Positions 48,745 to 58,271 of a stretch of DNA of 64,000 bases are shown here, piece after piece. Made by a program: the position numbers and the translations under genes. How positions within the stretch are numbered: the first letter of the stretch is position 1; every line of letters begins with the position of its first letter. Below the pieces are notes generated by a model. It was not told the DNA's origin, did not search any database, and worked only from the letters and a program-made list of their open reading frames with translations. This DNA is from an uncultured bacterium (GTDB lineage: Bacteria; Krumholzibacteriota; Krumholzibacteriia; JACNKJ01): contig CAVOFT010000001.1 in the NCBI GenBank assembly GCA_963695095.1, forward strand, positions 640,001-704,000, in the 5' to 3' direction.

Positions 48745-50633
48745 AGTCCATCATCATCGGCACGGCCGGGCACGTGGACCACGGCAAGACGCGCCTGGTG
48801 GGCCGGCTCACGGGCACCAACACGGACCGGCTCAAGGAAGAGCAGCTGCGCGGCATCAGCATCGAGCTGGGCTTCGCCCGGCTCACCCTCGGCGACATCG
48901 AGGCCGGCATCGTCGACGTGCCCGGCCACGAGAAGTTCGTGCGCACGATGGTGGCCGGCGCGGGCGGCGTGGACCTCGCCCTGCTCGTCGTCGCCGCCGA
49001 CGAGGGCGTCATGCCCCAGACCCGCGAGCACGTCGAGGTGCTCGAGCTGCTCGGCGTGACGCACGGGCTCGTCGCCCTCACCAAGATCGACATGGTGGAC
49101 CCCGAGCTGGTCGAGATGGCCGCCGAGGACGTGCATGAGTACCTGGCCGGCACGGCGCTGGCCGGCGCGCCCGTGCTGCCTGTGTCCTCGGAAACCGGCG
49201 AGGGCCTGGACGCCCTGCGCGCGGCGCTGGCCCAGCTCGCCGCGGCCACGCCCGAGCGCGGCGGCCTGGGGCCCTATCGCCTGCCCATCGATCGCGTCTT
49301 CACCCTGGCCGGCATGGGCACCGTGGTGACGGGCACGAGCTGGAGCGGCAGCGTGCGCGTGGGCGACGCCCTGGAGCTCATGCCGCGCGGCCTCACGGTG
49401 CGCGTGCGCAGCCTGCAGGTGCACGACCAGTCCGTGGCGGAAGCCCATGCCGGCCAGCGCACGGCGCTGGCCATCCACGGCATCAAGCACGACGAGCTGG
49501 AGCGTGGCGAGGTGCTGGTCAGCCCCGGCCGCTTCCAGGCCGGCAACATGGTCACGCTGAAGCTGCGCTGCCTGGCGAGCTGCCCGTGGACGCTCAAGCA
49601 CCGCACGCGCCTGCGCTTCCACTTCGGCACGCAGGAGATCATCGGCCGCCTGGTGCTGCTGGACCGCGAGGCCCTGCGCGCCGGCGAGGAGTGCCTCGGC
49701 CAGGCGCGCCTGGAGTCGCCTGCGGTCTGCGCGCCGGGGGACCGGGTGATCGTCCGCTTCTACTCGCCGATGCACACGGTGGCCGGCGGCGAGGTGATCG
49801 AGGCCACCGCGCCCAAGCGCCGCCACGGCCGCGAGCGGGACCTCGAGGCCGTGAAGCTGAAGGAGGGGGGCGACGCGGCGGTCATCCTCGAGCGCGCGGT
49901 GCTCGACGCCGGTGCCGTCGGCCTCGCGGACAAGGACGCCGCGCTCCTCGTGGAGAAGTACCCGGGCGAGCATCCGCTGCCCGCGCTCGTCGAAGCCGGG
50001 CGCCTGCTCGCCCTCGGCAAGCGCCTCTTCCATGCGGACGCGGTGGAAGCGCTCGTCCTCGGCATCGCCGAGCGGGCGGCGCGTTTCCAAGCGGAGCACC
50101 CGCTCGCCTGGGGTCCGGCGCGGCAAAGCCTGCGCGCGGCCCTCGCCGCCGAGGTGCCGCAGGCCTCCTTCCAGCTCCTGCTCGAACACCTGGAACGCAC
50201 GGGGAGCCTGCGCCTGCGCGGCGAGAGCGTTCGTGTTGGTGCGGAGGATCCCACGCCCGCGGGGGCCGCGGCGGGCTGGGTGGAAAAGGCGGAGAGCGCC
50301 TGGCTGGCCGCCGGTCTTACGCCGCCGCCGCTGGCTACCTTCGCGGAACTCGGCGTGCCGGCCGGTCAGGTGCCGGACCTCATCGACTACTTGACGAGCA
50401 GCGGTCGCCTGCTGCGCGTGAACGCGGAGCTGCTCGTCCACGCCGAGGCCTTCGCGCGCCTGGTCGAGGGCCTGCGCGCCCTCTTCGCCGAGAAGGACGT
50501 GATCGCGGTGGGGGACGTGGGCGCGCGCCTCGAGGTGAGCCGCAAGTACTCGGTGCCCCTCCTCGAGTTGTGCGACAAGCTTGGATACACCGAGCGCCGC
50601 GAGGCCGAGCGCCGGCGCGGGCCCAAGCTCTGA
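48741..50633 (+). CDS. selB: Selenocysteine-specific elongation factor
   Basis: GTAGHVDHGKT, RGISIELGF, DVPGHEKF and TKID; C-terminal winged helix with SRKY..LLE. Confidence 0.96.
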   Translation: MKSIIIGTAGHVDHGKTRLVGRLTGTNTDRLKEEQLRGISIELGFARLTLGDIEAGIVDVPGHEKFVRTMVAGAGGVDLALLVVAADEGVMPQTREHVEVLELLGVTHGLVALTKIDMVDPELVEMAAEDVHEYLAGTALAGAPVLPVSSETGEGLDALRAALAQLAAATPERGGLGPYRLPIDRVFTLAGMGTVVTGTSWSGSVRVGDALELMPRGLTVRVRSLQVHDQSVAEAHAGQRTALAIHGIKHDELERGEVLVSPGRFQAGNMVTLKLRCLASCPWTLKHRTRLRFHFGTQEIIGRLVLLDREALRAGEECLGQARLESPAVCAPGDRVIVRFYSPMHTVAGGEVIEATAPKRRHGRERDLEAVKLKEGGDAAVILERAVLDAGAVGLADKDAALLVEKYPGEHPLPALVEAGRLLALGKRLFHADAVEALVLGIAERAARFQAEHPLAWGPARQSLRAALAAEVPQASFQLLLEHLERTGSLRLRGESVRVGAEDPTPAGAAAGWVEKAESAWLAAGLTPPPLATFAELGVPAGQVPDLIDYLTSSGRLLRVNAELLVHAEAFARLVEGLRALFAEKDVIAVGDVGARLEVSRKYSVPLLELCDKLGYTERREAERRRGPKL

Positions 50634-51365
50634 TCAGTAGAGCGCCTTCACCTGGCCCCAACTTGAGGCGTTGACCGCCGTCGTGCAGGGTTCGCTGACG
50701 ATGACGTCGAACTCGCCGACATTGTTGAGCCAGGTGGTGCTGTCCATGGTGCCGAGAAACAGGCGTGTGGCGCCCACGGGAATCTCCACCTGCTGTACAA
50801 CGCCCGTAGAAGTCAGACCATCGCCAATGAAGAACACCTGCTTCAGCACGGGCGAGAGCGTGAGATAATCGCGGCTATCCACTGTGCTGAAATCGAGGTA
50901 GGGCGGCTCTGGAGTCGTATCAGGTTGCGAATCGTCGAGAAAGACCCCGAGCAGGCAGTTGTAGGGAGCGATGACGTCCGAGATGCCGTTCTCGCCGAGG
51001 TCATTGTCCCAATTGTGGTTGGTCGCATAGCTGCCATCAGGTGGCGAGGTCGGTGTCCCGGGGCAGTTCAGGACGCTGCCCGTGACTTGAAACGTCAGGG
51101 GCTCGCCCTCAGTGATGCAGAGGCCGGCCACGAGCTGAGGTGACTGCGCCGGCGCGCTATCACACCCCTCGGGCTCCCAGCAACTGGCGATCGAGCCGTC
51201 CGGCATCCCTGCGAGCCAGGGGTCCGAGTAGCCCGGAACGATCAGCTGGACGGAGATGTCCCCGCTGGCGGGGCCCGGAAAGGCCATCGGCAGGACAGCG
51301 GCGATCAGGAACACAGCCCACCGCTGTGTGCACATCGAGGTTCGCACATCACACCATCCTTCCAC
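50634..51365 (-). CDS. Secreted protein ending in SSWGQVKALY (start uncertain, 51335-51365)
   Basis: Signal peptide (WAVFLIAAVL..PASG); DPWLAGMP..QVFFIGDG..GATRLFLG domain. Confidence 0.8.
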   Translation of the reverse strand: MEGWCDVRTSMCTQRWAVFLIAAVLPMAFPGPASGDISVQLIVPGYSDPWLAGMPDGSIASCWEPEGCDSAPAQSPQLVAGLCITEGEPLTFQVTGSVLNCPGTPTSPPDGSYATNHNWDNDLGENGISDVIAPYNCLLGVFLDDSQPDTTPEPPYLDFSTVDSRDYLTLSPVLKQVFFIGDGLTSTGVVQQVEIPVGATRLFLGTMDSTTWLNNVGEFDVIVSEPCTTAVNASSWGQVKALY

Positions 51366-51642
51366 ACTCCACCACGCTGAAGTCTCGGCAGCGGCATCAG
51401 GCGTCCCGCCGGCACTCAGGGAGTCGGCTCATCACGCCGCCGCCAGATCGGATCGCGTACCCAGGCCGTGAGTATAGTCCCGTTTCGGGCGCGGGTAAAG
51501 ACGGCCCGGCGAGAGGGCGCGCTCTGCGCACAACGTCACCGCCTTCCGTTGCCGGCCGCGACTGCGGACTCCCAATCCTGCCAGCGGTCATCCGCCGCCA
51601 TTTGTGCTACCATGCCGCCGGGCTCAACAGGGGAGGTACCCG

Positions 51643-52584
51643 ATGAAGGTCGGTATCGTCGGGGCCGGCATGGTCGGCAGCACCGCCGCCTATGCGATGG
51701 TGATGAAGGGCGTCGGCCGCGAGATCGTCATGGTCGACATGAGCCGCGAGCGCGCCCAGGCGCAGGCGGATGACATCTCGCACGCCATTCCCTTCGCCCA
51801 CCCGCTGGACATCCGCGCGGGCGACTACCAGGACCTGGCGGGCAGCCGGGCCGTGGTCATCGCCGCCGGCGTCAGCCGCAAACCCGACGAAACGCGCGCG
51901 CAGCTCCTGGCGCGCAATGCGGCCATCTTCCGCGAGGTCGTGCCGCAGGTGCTGGCGCACGCGCCCGTGGCCGTACTGGTCATCGCCTCGAATCCGGTCG
52001 ACGTGATGACCCATCTGACCGCCCGGCTGGCGGCCGCTGCCGGCGTGCCGGCGAGCCGCGTCTTCGGGTCGGGGACCACGCTCGACACCGCGCGCTTCCG
52101 CGCCCGGCTCAGCGATCAACTCGGCGTCGACCCGCAGCACGTGCACGGCTACGTCGTCGGCGAGCACGGCGACTCGCAGGTGCTCACCTGGTCGCAGGTC
52201 ACCGTCGGCGGCGTCCACCTCGCCGACTACTGCCGGATGCGGGGCATCCCCTTCAGCGAGGCGATTCAAGCGGACATCGACAAGGGCGTGCGCTTCGCGG
52301 GCCGCTCGATCATCGCCGGCAAGGGGGCGACCTACTACGGCATCGGCAGCGCACTGGCCAAGATCGTGCACGTCATCGGGCACGACCAACGCTCGATCAT
52401 GACGGTCTGCACGCCCCAGGCCGAGGTGGCCGGCGTGGCGGACGTGACCGTCTCGCTGCCGCAACTGCTCTGCGGCGAGGGCGTGGTGACTACCCTGCCC
52501 CTGCTGCTCAACGGCGAGGAGACAGTGGCGCTCGCCGCCAGCGCGCAGACCGTGCGCGAGGCGATCGTCACCCTGGATCGGTGA
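51643..52584 (+). CDS. LDH/MDH-family 2-hydroxyacid dehydrogenase (LDH-like scaffold with Arg at position 102)
   Basis: [29 protein letters not shown] and KGATYYGIG; substrate loop [11 protein letters not shown]. Confidence 0.9.
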   Translation: MKVGIVGAGMVGSTAAYAMVMKGVGREIVMVDMSRERAQAQADDISHAIPFAHPLDIRAGDYQDLAGSRAVVIAAGVSRKPDETRAQLLARNAAIFREVVPQVLAHAPVAVLVIASNPVDVMTHLTARLAAAAGVPASRVFGSGTTLDTARFRARLSDQLGVDPQHVHGYVVGEHGDSQVLTWSQVTVGGVHLADYCRMRGIPFSEAIQADIDKGVRFAGRSIIAGKGATYYGIGSALAKIVHVIGHDQRSIMTVCTPQAEVAGVADVTVSLPQLLCGEGVVTTLPLLLNGEETVALAASAQTVREAIVTLDR

Positions 52585-52601
52585 GATCCGGCGCAGCGAG
52601 G

Positions 52602-54041
52602 CTAGTAGAGCGACTTGATGGCGCTGATGCTGCTGGCCTTAGTGGCCACGGCCTCACAGCCCACGGGTAAGGCGCCGATGAGTTCCCCGCAGGAGTTGTT
52701 GGCGGGGGCGCAAGGGGAGTCGCTCTGGAGGTAGTAGTTGGCGCTGCCCGCCACGCCGCAGAACTGCGGATCTGCGGAGATGTTGCCATCCAAGCCGAGC
52801 TGGTCGGCGTAGCAGTCGATCCAAGCATCCCCGGTAGGTGAATAAAGGTCGCAGCAGCTGAATGTCGGTTCGCCGAAGTGGCATTCAGCGGCGCGGACGC
52901 CTGGCTCAAGGATGAAGAGCGACCGCGAGACGTCTGCCTGCTCGCGGGCTGCTACCATGACCGACTGCCAAGCCTCCTGTCCAGCCACGAAGGTCGACTG
53001 AGATACCTCGAGCGCGGCGCCTACGACTTCAGTGCTCAGGTAGGGCCCAGGGCTCTGCACGAAATAGCAATCGCGGACTACAGCCGCCCCTTGGCTCCAA
53101 CTCGACAGGCTTGCGCCGCCCGTGGCGGCCGAGTTCGTGACGAAACGAGTACCCGTGATCGTGAGCGAGCCGGAGCCTTGCGCAATGGCACCTCCGTCGC
53201 CGTACGTCCAGTTGCCCTCGAAGCTGGAGCCCGTGATCGTCATGTCCGTGCTGCTGCTGTAGATCGCCCCTCCGGATCCGCCATAGTCATCGGTGCGGTT
53301 TCCAGTGAATTCGCAGCCCTCCACGGCGAGCCAGCAGTCGTATGCATAGATGGCTCCGCCCAGCGTGGATGCCTCCACGGCTCCACCTCGGTTGTCGATG
53401 AATCGAGTCGATGTGATATCTAGCGCGCAATTGCTTGCGCGAATCGCACCGCCATAGCCCGCCTGACCCTTCACCCCCGTGCCGAAGTTCTCGATGAATT
53501 CACATCGATCGATGAGAATCTCGGCGTCTTCGGCATTGATGCCACCACCCCCACTCGCCCCCCAGTTGGAGATGAAACGGCAGTTTGAGATGGCAAGACT
53601 GGCATTGCGAAGGTGGATTGCGCTTCCACCGCAGGACGCATGGGCGCAGCCTGCCCGAGTAAAGGTGATGCCCTCGATGCGACCAGGCGGAGAGGCGTTC
53701 CAGGAGCCGAGGGTGCCTCGCTCATGCTCACCATCGATGATGACACAGTTCGGATCGCCGGTTTCGCTGCGCAGCGTTGCACCGTGATAGAGCCAGAGGT
53801 AGTTCTCGTAGTAAGTCCCGCAGGCGACTAGCACGGTATCTTGGTTCATGGCGTGCGCAAGGGCCTGGGCAATCGTAGGGAAGTCCTCCGGTACGCGGAA
53901 CGCTGCACGGCAGGGCTGCCATGGCGCGAGGAGGAGCAGCAGGCTCCCAGCACAGAAGGGCAAGCGCCAGAAGCGGTGAAACACCCAGTGCGCTGAAGAG
54001 GCCCTGTCCGGCGATTGCCTCAAAGCTCGCGGCGTCTTCAT
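52602..54041 (-). CDS. Secreted right-handed beta-helix protein ending in SSISAIKSLY
   Basis: VPEDFPTIAQA; GGAI and FxxN repeats; DPQFC..SPC..LIGALPVGC. Confidence 0.82.
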   Translation of the reverse strand: MKTPRALRQSPDRASSAHWVFHRFWRLPFCAGSLLLLLAPWQPCRAAFRVPEDFPTIAQALAHAMNQDTVLVACGTYYENYLWLYHGATLRSETGDPNCVIIDGEHERGTLGSWNASPPGRIEGITFTRAGCAHASCGGSAIHLRNASLAISNCRFISNWGASGGGGINAEDAEILIDRCEFIENFGTGVKGQAGYGGAIRASNCALDITSTRFIDNRGGAVEASTLGGAIYAYDCWLAVEGCEFTGNRTDDYGGSGGAIYSSSTDMTITGSSFEGNWTYGDGGAIAQGSGSLTITGTRFVTNSAATGGASLSSWSQGAAVVRDCYFVQSPGPYLSTEVVGAALEVSQSTFVAGQEAWQSVMVAAREQADVSRSLFILEPGVRAAECHFGEPTFSCCDLYSPTGDAWIDCYADQLGLDGNISADPQFCGVAGSANYYLQSDSPCAPANNSCGELIGALPVGCEAVATKASSISAIKSLY

Positions 54042-54415
54042 CGTCGTCCCCCTCGGAAGCTCGCCTTGAGCGCTGCACTGGGACCGGGTCCCCAATGCGC
54101 GCACAATTAAGAGTAGGGGATCCGGCTGCACGAATCCAGTGGCGGGCGCCCCGCCTAACCTGCGTCCTGCGCTCTTGGGCAGCAGAATTCGGGCGCTGAG
54201 AGCAGGCCGAGCGAAACAGGATGCGTCGGTTTCGAATGTGGCACTCAGGACAGCGTGCGCGTTATGACGAGGACTCGCCGCCTAGGCACGTGCGCGGCTT
54301 TCCTCGGAATCGGCAACCTGCTATCCTCCGCGCGTCTGGCAAGGCAAGGGAGCAGGCGACAAGTCGGCGGGTGCGCTTCGTTTCCTTGATTCAGCTGCAA
54401 GTAGGGAGCGGCGCC

Positions 54416-54693
54416 ATGGCAGTCACCGTCCACATCCCTTCCGTGCTCCGCGGCTACTGCGAGGGCGCGAGCGCGCTGAGCCTCGACGCGCCCAGCGTGC
54501 GCGCCGCCCTTGCCGCGATCGCCGCGGCGCACCCGCGCCTGTACCGCAGCATCTGCGACGAGACCGGCGCCGTGCGCCGCCACCTCGAACGTGTTCGTGA
54601 ACACCGCCCACATCCGCGACCTGGACGGGACTCGACACGGCGCTCGCGCCCGGCGACGTCGTCACCATCCTGCCCGCGGTCTCAGGAGGTTGA
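54416..54693 (+). CDS. MoaD/ThiS-family ubiquitin-like protein; frameshifted in assembly
   Basis: MAVTVHIPSVLR..DETGAVRRH, NVFVN and GDVVTILPAVSGG* across two indels. Confidence 0.82.
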
Positions 54694-54695
54694 GC

Positions 54696-55817
54696 ATGGC
54701 CGAGCGCGTCGTCCTCTGCATCGGCACCAAGAAGGGTCTGTTCGTCGCCGAGGCGGCGAAGGGCCGCGGCGCCGCTTCGCGCTGCGCGGGCCCTTCGGCG
54801 CCGGCGTCCCCGTCTACTCGACGCTCATCGACACGCGCGGCACGCCGCGCTCTACGCCTCGAGCTGCAACCCCTTCTTCGGCATGAAGGTGCTGCGCTCG
54901 ACCGACCTGGGCAAGACCTTCAAGGAGACGAAGTCGGCGCCCGCGTTTCCCCAAGGACGACGGCCGCGCGCTCGCCAACATCTGGTCGCTCGAGCCCGGC
55001 GCCGGCAAGAAGGAGCTCTGGTGCGGCGTCGAGCCGGCCTCGCTCTTCCGCAGCGAGCGACGGCGGCGATTCCTGGGAGATGGTCGACGGGCATCAGCAA
55101 CCACGAGCACGCCCGCCAGTGGCAGCCCGGCAACGGCGGCCTGTGCATGCACACGATCCTGCGCGACGGCAATCGCGTGCACCTCGGCATCTCGACCGGC
55201 GGCCACTACCTGAGCGAGGACGGCGGCACGACCTTCGCGCCGTCCAACGAGGGCGTCGGCGCCGGCTTCGCGCCCGATCCCTATCCCGAGTTCGGCCAGT
55301 GCGTGCACAAGATCGCGCGGCCACAAGGACGCGCCCGGCCGGCTCTACATGCAGAACCACGGCGGCTGGGCCGAGTGGGACGGCCCCGGCGGCCCGCGGC
55401 CGGACATCGGCGTGCTGCGCAGCGACGACCACGGCCAGACCTGGCGCTCGATCGCCAAGGGCCTGCCCTCGGACTTCGGCTTCCCGATCGTCGTGCACCC
55501 GCACGACGCCGACACGGTCTACGTGCTGCCGCTCGAGCCGATGACGCGCACCTGCCCCGGCGGCGCGCCCGCGGTCTGGCGCAGCGAGAACGGCGGCGAC
55601 TCGTGGAGGCGGCTCGCGCAAGGGCCTGCCCGAAGAAGCGAGAGCTTCTTCACCGTCCTGCGCGACGCGATGGACATCGACGAGCTGAAGTCGCCGGCGC
55701 TCTACTTCGGCACCACGACCGGCCAGCTCTGGATCGGGCCGCGAGGGCGGCGAGGAGTGGGAGTGCCTCTTCGACTCGCTGCCGCCGATCCACTGCGTGA
55801 AGGTCGCGGTGGTCTGA
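54696..55817 (+). CDS. BNR/Asp-box (sialidase-like) beta-propeller protein; many frameshifts
   Basis: IGTKKGLF; Asp-boxes RSTDLGKTF, SDGGDSW, SEDGGTTF, RSDDHGQTW and RSENGGDSW; GQCVHK, QNHGG and SDFGFP. Confidence 0.82.
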
Positions 55818-55896
55818 GCGGCCGCCGCGGCCGGCAAGGCCGCAGTTGCGTCACCCGGCCGGCGCGTCTACACTCGCGCCGAAAGGGAGGTGGAGC

Positions 55897-56601
55897 ATGG
55901 CGATCCTCAGGCAGGGTTCCCGCGGCGCTGCGGTGCGTGAAGTCCAGGAACTCCTGAACCGCCGCCTCGGCGGCGGCACGCGCCTGACCCCGGACGGCGA
56001 GTTCGGCGCCAGGACCCGCGCGGCTGTCCTGCGCTTCCAGCAGGAGAGCTGGCTCATCGCCGACGGCGAGGTGGGCCCCTGCACGCTGAACGCCCTCAAG
56101 GGCAGCGAGCGCTACGCCTACCTGCACCGCGTGCGGCTGGTGCCGCAGTGGACGCAGACCACCTGCTGGTCCGCGGCGACGGCGATGCTCACCGGCCAGC
56201 AGGCCTGCATGGCCGCCGGCCCGGCCACCGCCACGCAGGAAGTGGGCCTGCTCAACGACTCGGAGCTGGACGACCCGGCGAACATGCGCCGCTTCGCGGC
56301 CTACCATCGGCTGACCCTGGTTCCCGGCGCCACCTGGCTGCCGGACGGCCTCGCCAACTTCCTGAGCCGCGGCCCCATCATGATCAACACGCTCTGGGAC
56401 GTGGCCGGCTATGCCTCGCGGGCGGGCAGCCCCGGGCACATGCGCGTGGTCGCCGGGATCCGCGGCGACGGCACGCCGCAGGCAACGACCCTGCGCATCT
56501 ACGACCCCTGGCCGCCGATGCGGGGCACCATCGCCTCGTACAACTACGCGCGGCTCATCCGGGCCACGCCGCTGACGACCTACCAGATCCTGCACCGCTA
56601 G
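55897..56601 (+). CDS. Peptidoglycan-binding domain plus papain-like cysteine peptidase
   Basis: LRQGSRG..VQELLN..DGEFG..AVLRFQ..DGEVGP; Q..TTCWSAA, GHMRVV and IYDPWP. Confidence 0.85.
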   Translation: MAILRQGSRGAAVREVQELLNRRLGGGTRLTPDGEFGARTRAAVLRFQQESWLIADGEVGPCTLNALKGSERYAYLHRVRLVPQWTQTTCWSAATAMLTGQQACMAAGPATATQEVGLLNDSELDDPANMRRFAAYHRLTLVPGATWLPDGLANFLSRGPIMINTLWDVAGYASRAGSPGHMRVVAGIRGDGTPQATTLRIYDPWPPMRGTIASYNYARLIRATPLTTYQILHR

Positions 56602-56649
56602 GCCGGCGCGCCCGGCCCACCGGGCGCCCCCCGTCGCGCCGGCGGCGCG

Positions 56650-58033
56650 CTACTCGTGCGAGGCCACCGCCGCCTTCAGCGGCTTGCTCAGGGTCCAGAT
56701 CGCCATCCCGGCCGCGATGCCCAGCACGCAGAGCATGCCGAAGAAGGCCTCGCGCGGCATCTGCTCCCAGAAGGTGCCCAGGAAGCCCGACAGGTAGTTG
56801 CCGAAGAAGCTGGAGAGGAACCAGACGCCCATCATCATCGAGACGATGCGCGCGGGCGCCACCTTGGTCACCAGCGAGAGCCCGATCGGCGACAGGTACA
56901 GCTCCCCGATCGTGAGGATGAAGGTGGTGCTGAGCAGCCAGAGCACGCTGCGCCGCTCCTCGGGGCCCATGCCGCGCGAGCCGGCGATCATGATGAGGAA
57001 GGACGCGCCGAGCAGGAAGCAGCCGATCGCCATCTTGATCACGCTGCGCCGGCTCGCGCTTGCGCCCCGCCTGCCAGGCCCAGAACATGTTCAGCAGCGG
57101 CGCGAAGATGAAGATGATCATCGGGTTGAAGGCCTGATACCAGGTGGAGGGCACCTCGAAGCCGAAGAAGTTCCAGTTCGTGTTGCGGTCGGCCCAGAGC
57201 TGCATGGTGTTGCCCTGCTGCTCGTAGACGCCCCAGAAGACGATGTTGAGCCCGCAGAGCACGACCAGGGCCCAGACCCGCCGCCACTCGTCCTTCGAGA
57301 GCGGCCGCCGCTCCTGCTTGCGTTCCTCCTTGGTGCGGGCGATCACCTCGGGCGCCAGGAACTTGCGTCCCCACAGGTAGAGGATGAGGCCCAGCACCAT
57401 GCCCACGCCGGCGGCGCCGAAGCCGTAGTGCCAGCCGAGCCGCTGGCCCAGCGTGCCGCAGATCAGCGGCGAGAAGAAGGCGCCCAGGTTGATCCCCATG
57501 TAGAAGATCGTGAAGGCGCGGTCGCGCCGCGGGTCGCCGGGCGGGTAGAGGTCGCCCACCTGGGTGGAGATGTTCGGCTTGAAGGCGCCGTTGCCCATGA
57601 TGAGGAAGAGCAGGGCGATGAAGAAGAGGTTCTCCACGGCCATCAGGAAGTGGCCGATGGCCATCAGCGCCGCCCCGAGGACGACCGTCTTGCGCCGGCC
57701 CAGCCAGCGGTCGGCGAGGATGCCGCCGAAGAGCGGCGTCAGGTAGACGAAGGCCGTGTAGAGCCCGTAGATCTGCGAGGAGAGCGGCTGCGCCGCCAGC
57801 GGCCCGAAGATGGACTCGAGCGTGCCCTTGATCGCGTTGAAGCCCAGCACTTCCTGTCCCACGTCCGGGCGCAGGAAGAGATGATCCACCATGAACAGCA
57901 CGAGCAGCGAGCGCATGCCGTAGTAGGAGAAGCGCTCCCACATCTCCGTGAAGAAGAGGATGAAGAGCCCGGGCGGATGGCCGAGGAGGGTGCGGGGCTG
58001 CGTGGGCTGCGCGGCGGAGTCGTAGTAGGGCAT
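56650..58033 (-). CDS. POT/PTR-family proton-coupled oligopeptide transporter; frameshift near 57045
   Basis: EMWERFSYYGMR, GNGAFKPNIS, FYMGINLG and GELYLSPIGLS. Confidence 0.92.
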
Positions 58034-58271
58034 CGGCGCGCTCTCGGGGCTGGGGGTCGCGCCGGCGCCGGGGGGGCGCCGGTGGGCGGGCCCGCGCCAA
58101 CTGGCCGGCGCCGCGCTCCGGAGGCGGACGCTGCACCGCGGGCGCTGCCCCTGTCAAGCCGATTGACCGCCGCGACCCGCAGTTGCCAGACAGGGGCAGC
58201 GTGGCCTATGGTAGGGACTGCCCCCGGTCTTGCTGGGGAGCGTGGCGACAGCCGAAAGGAATCGAGCTGCC

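Noticed and set aside
54154..54268. attC-like GCCTAAC...GTTATGA pair
   Set aside because: The arms pair poorly, it does not follow a gene 3' end, there is no second copy and no integrase.
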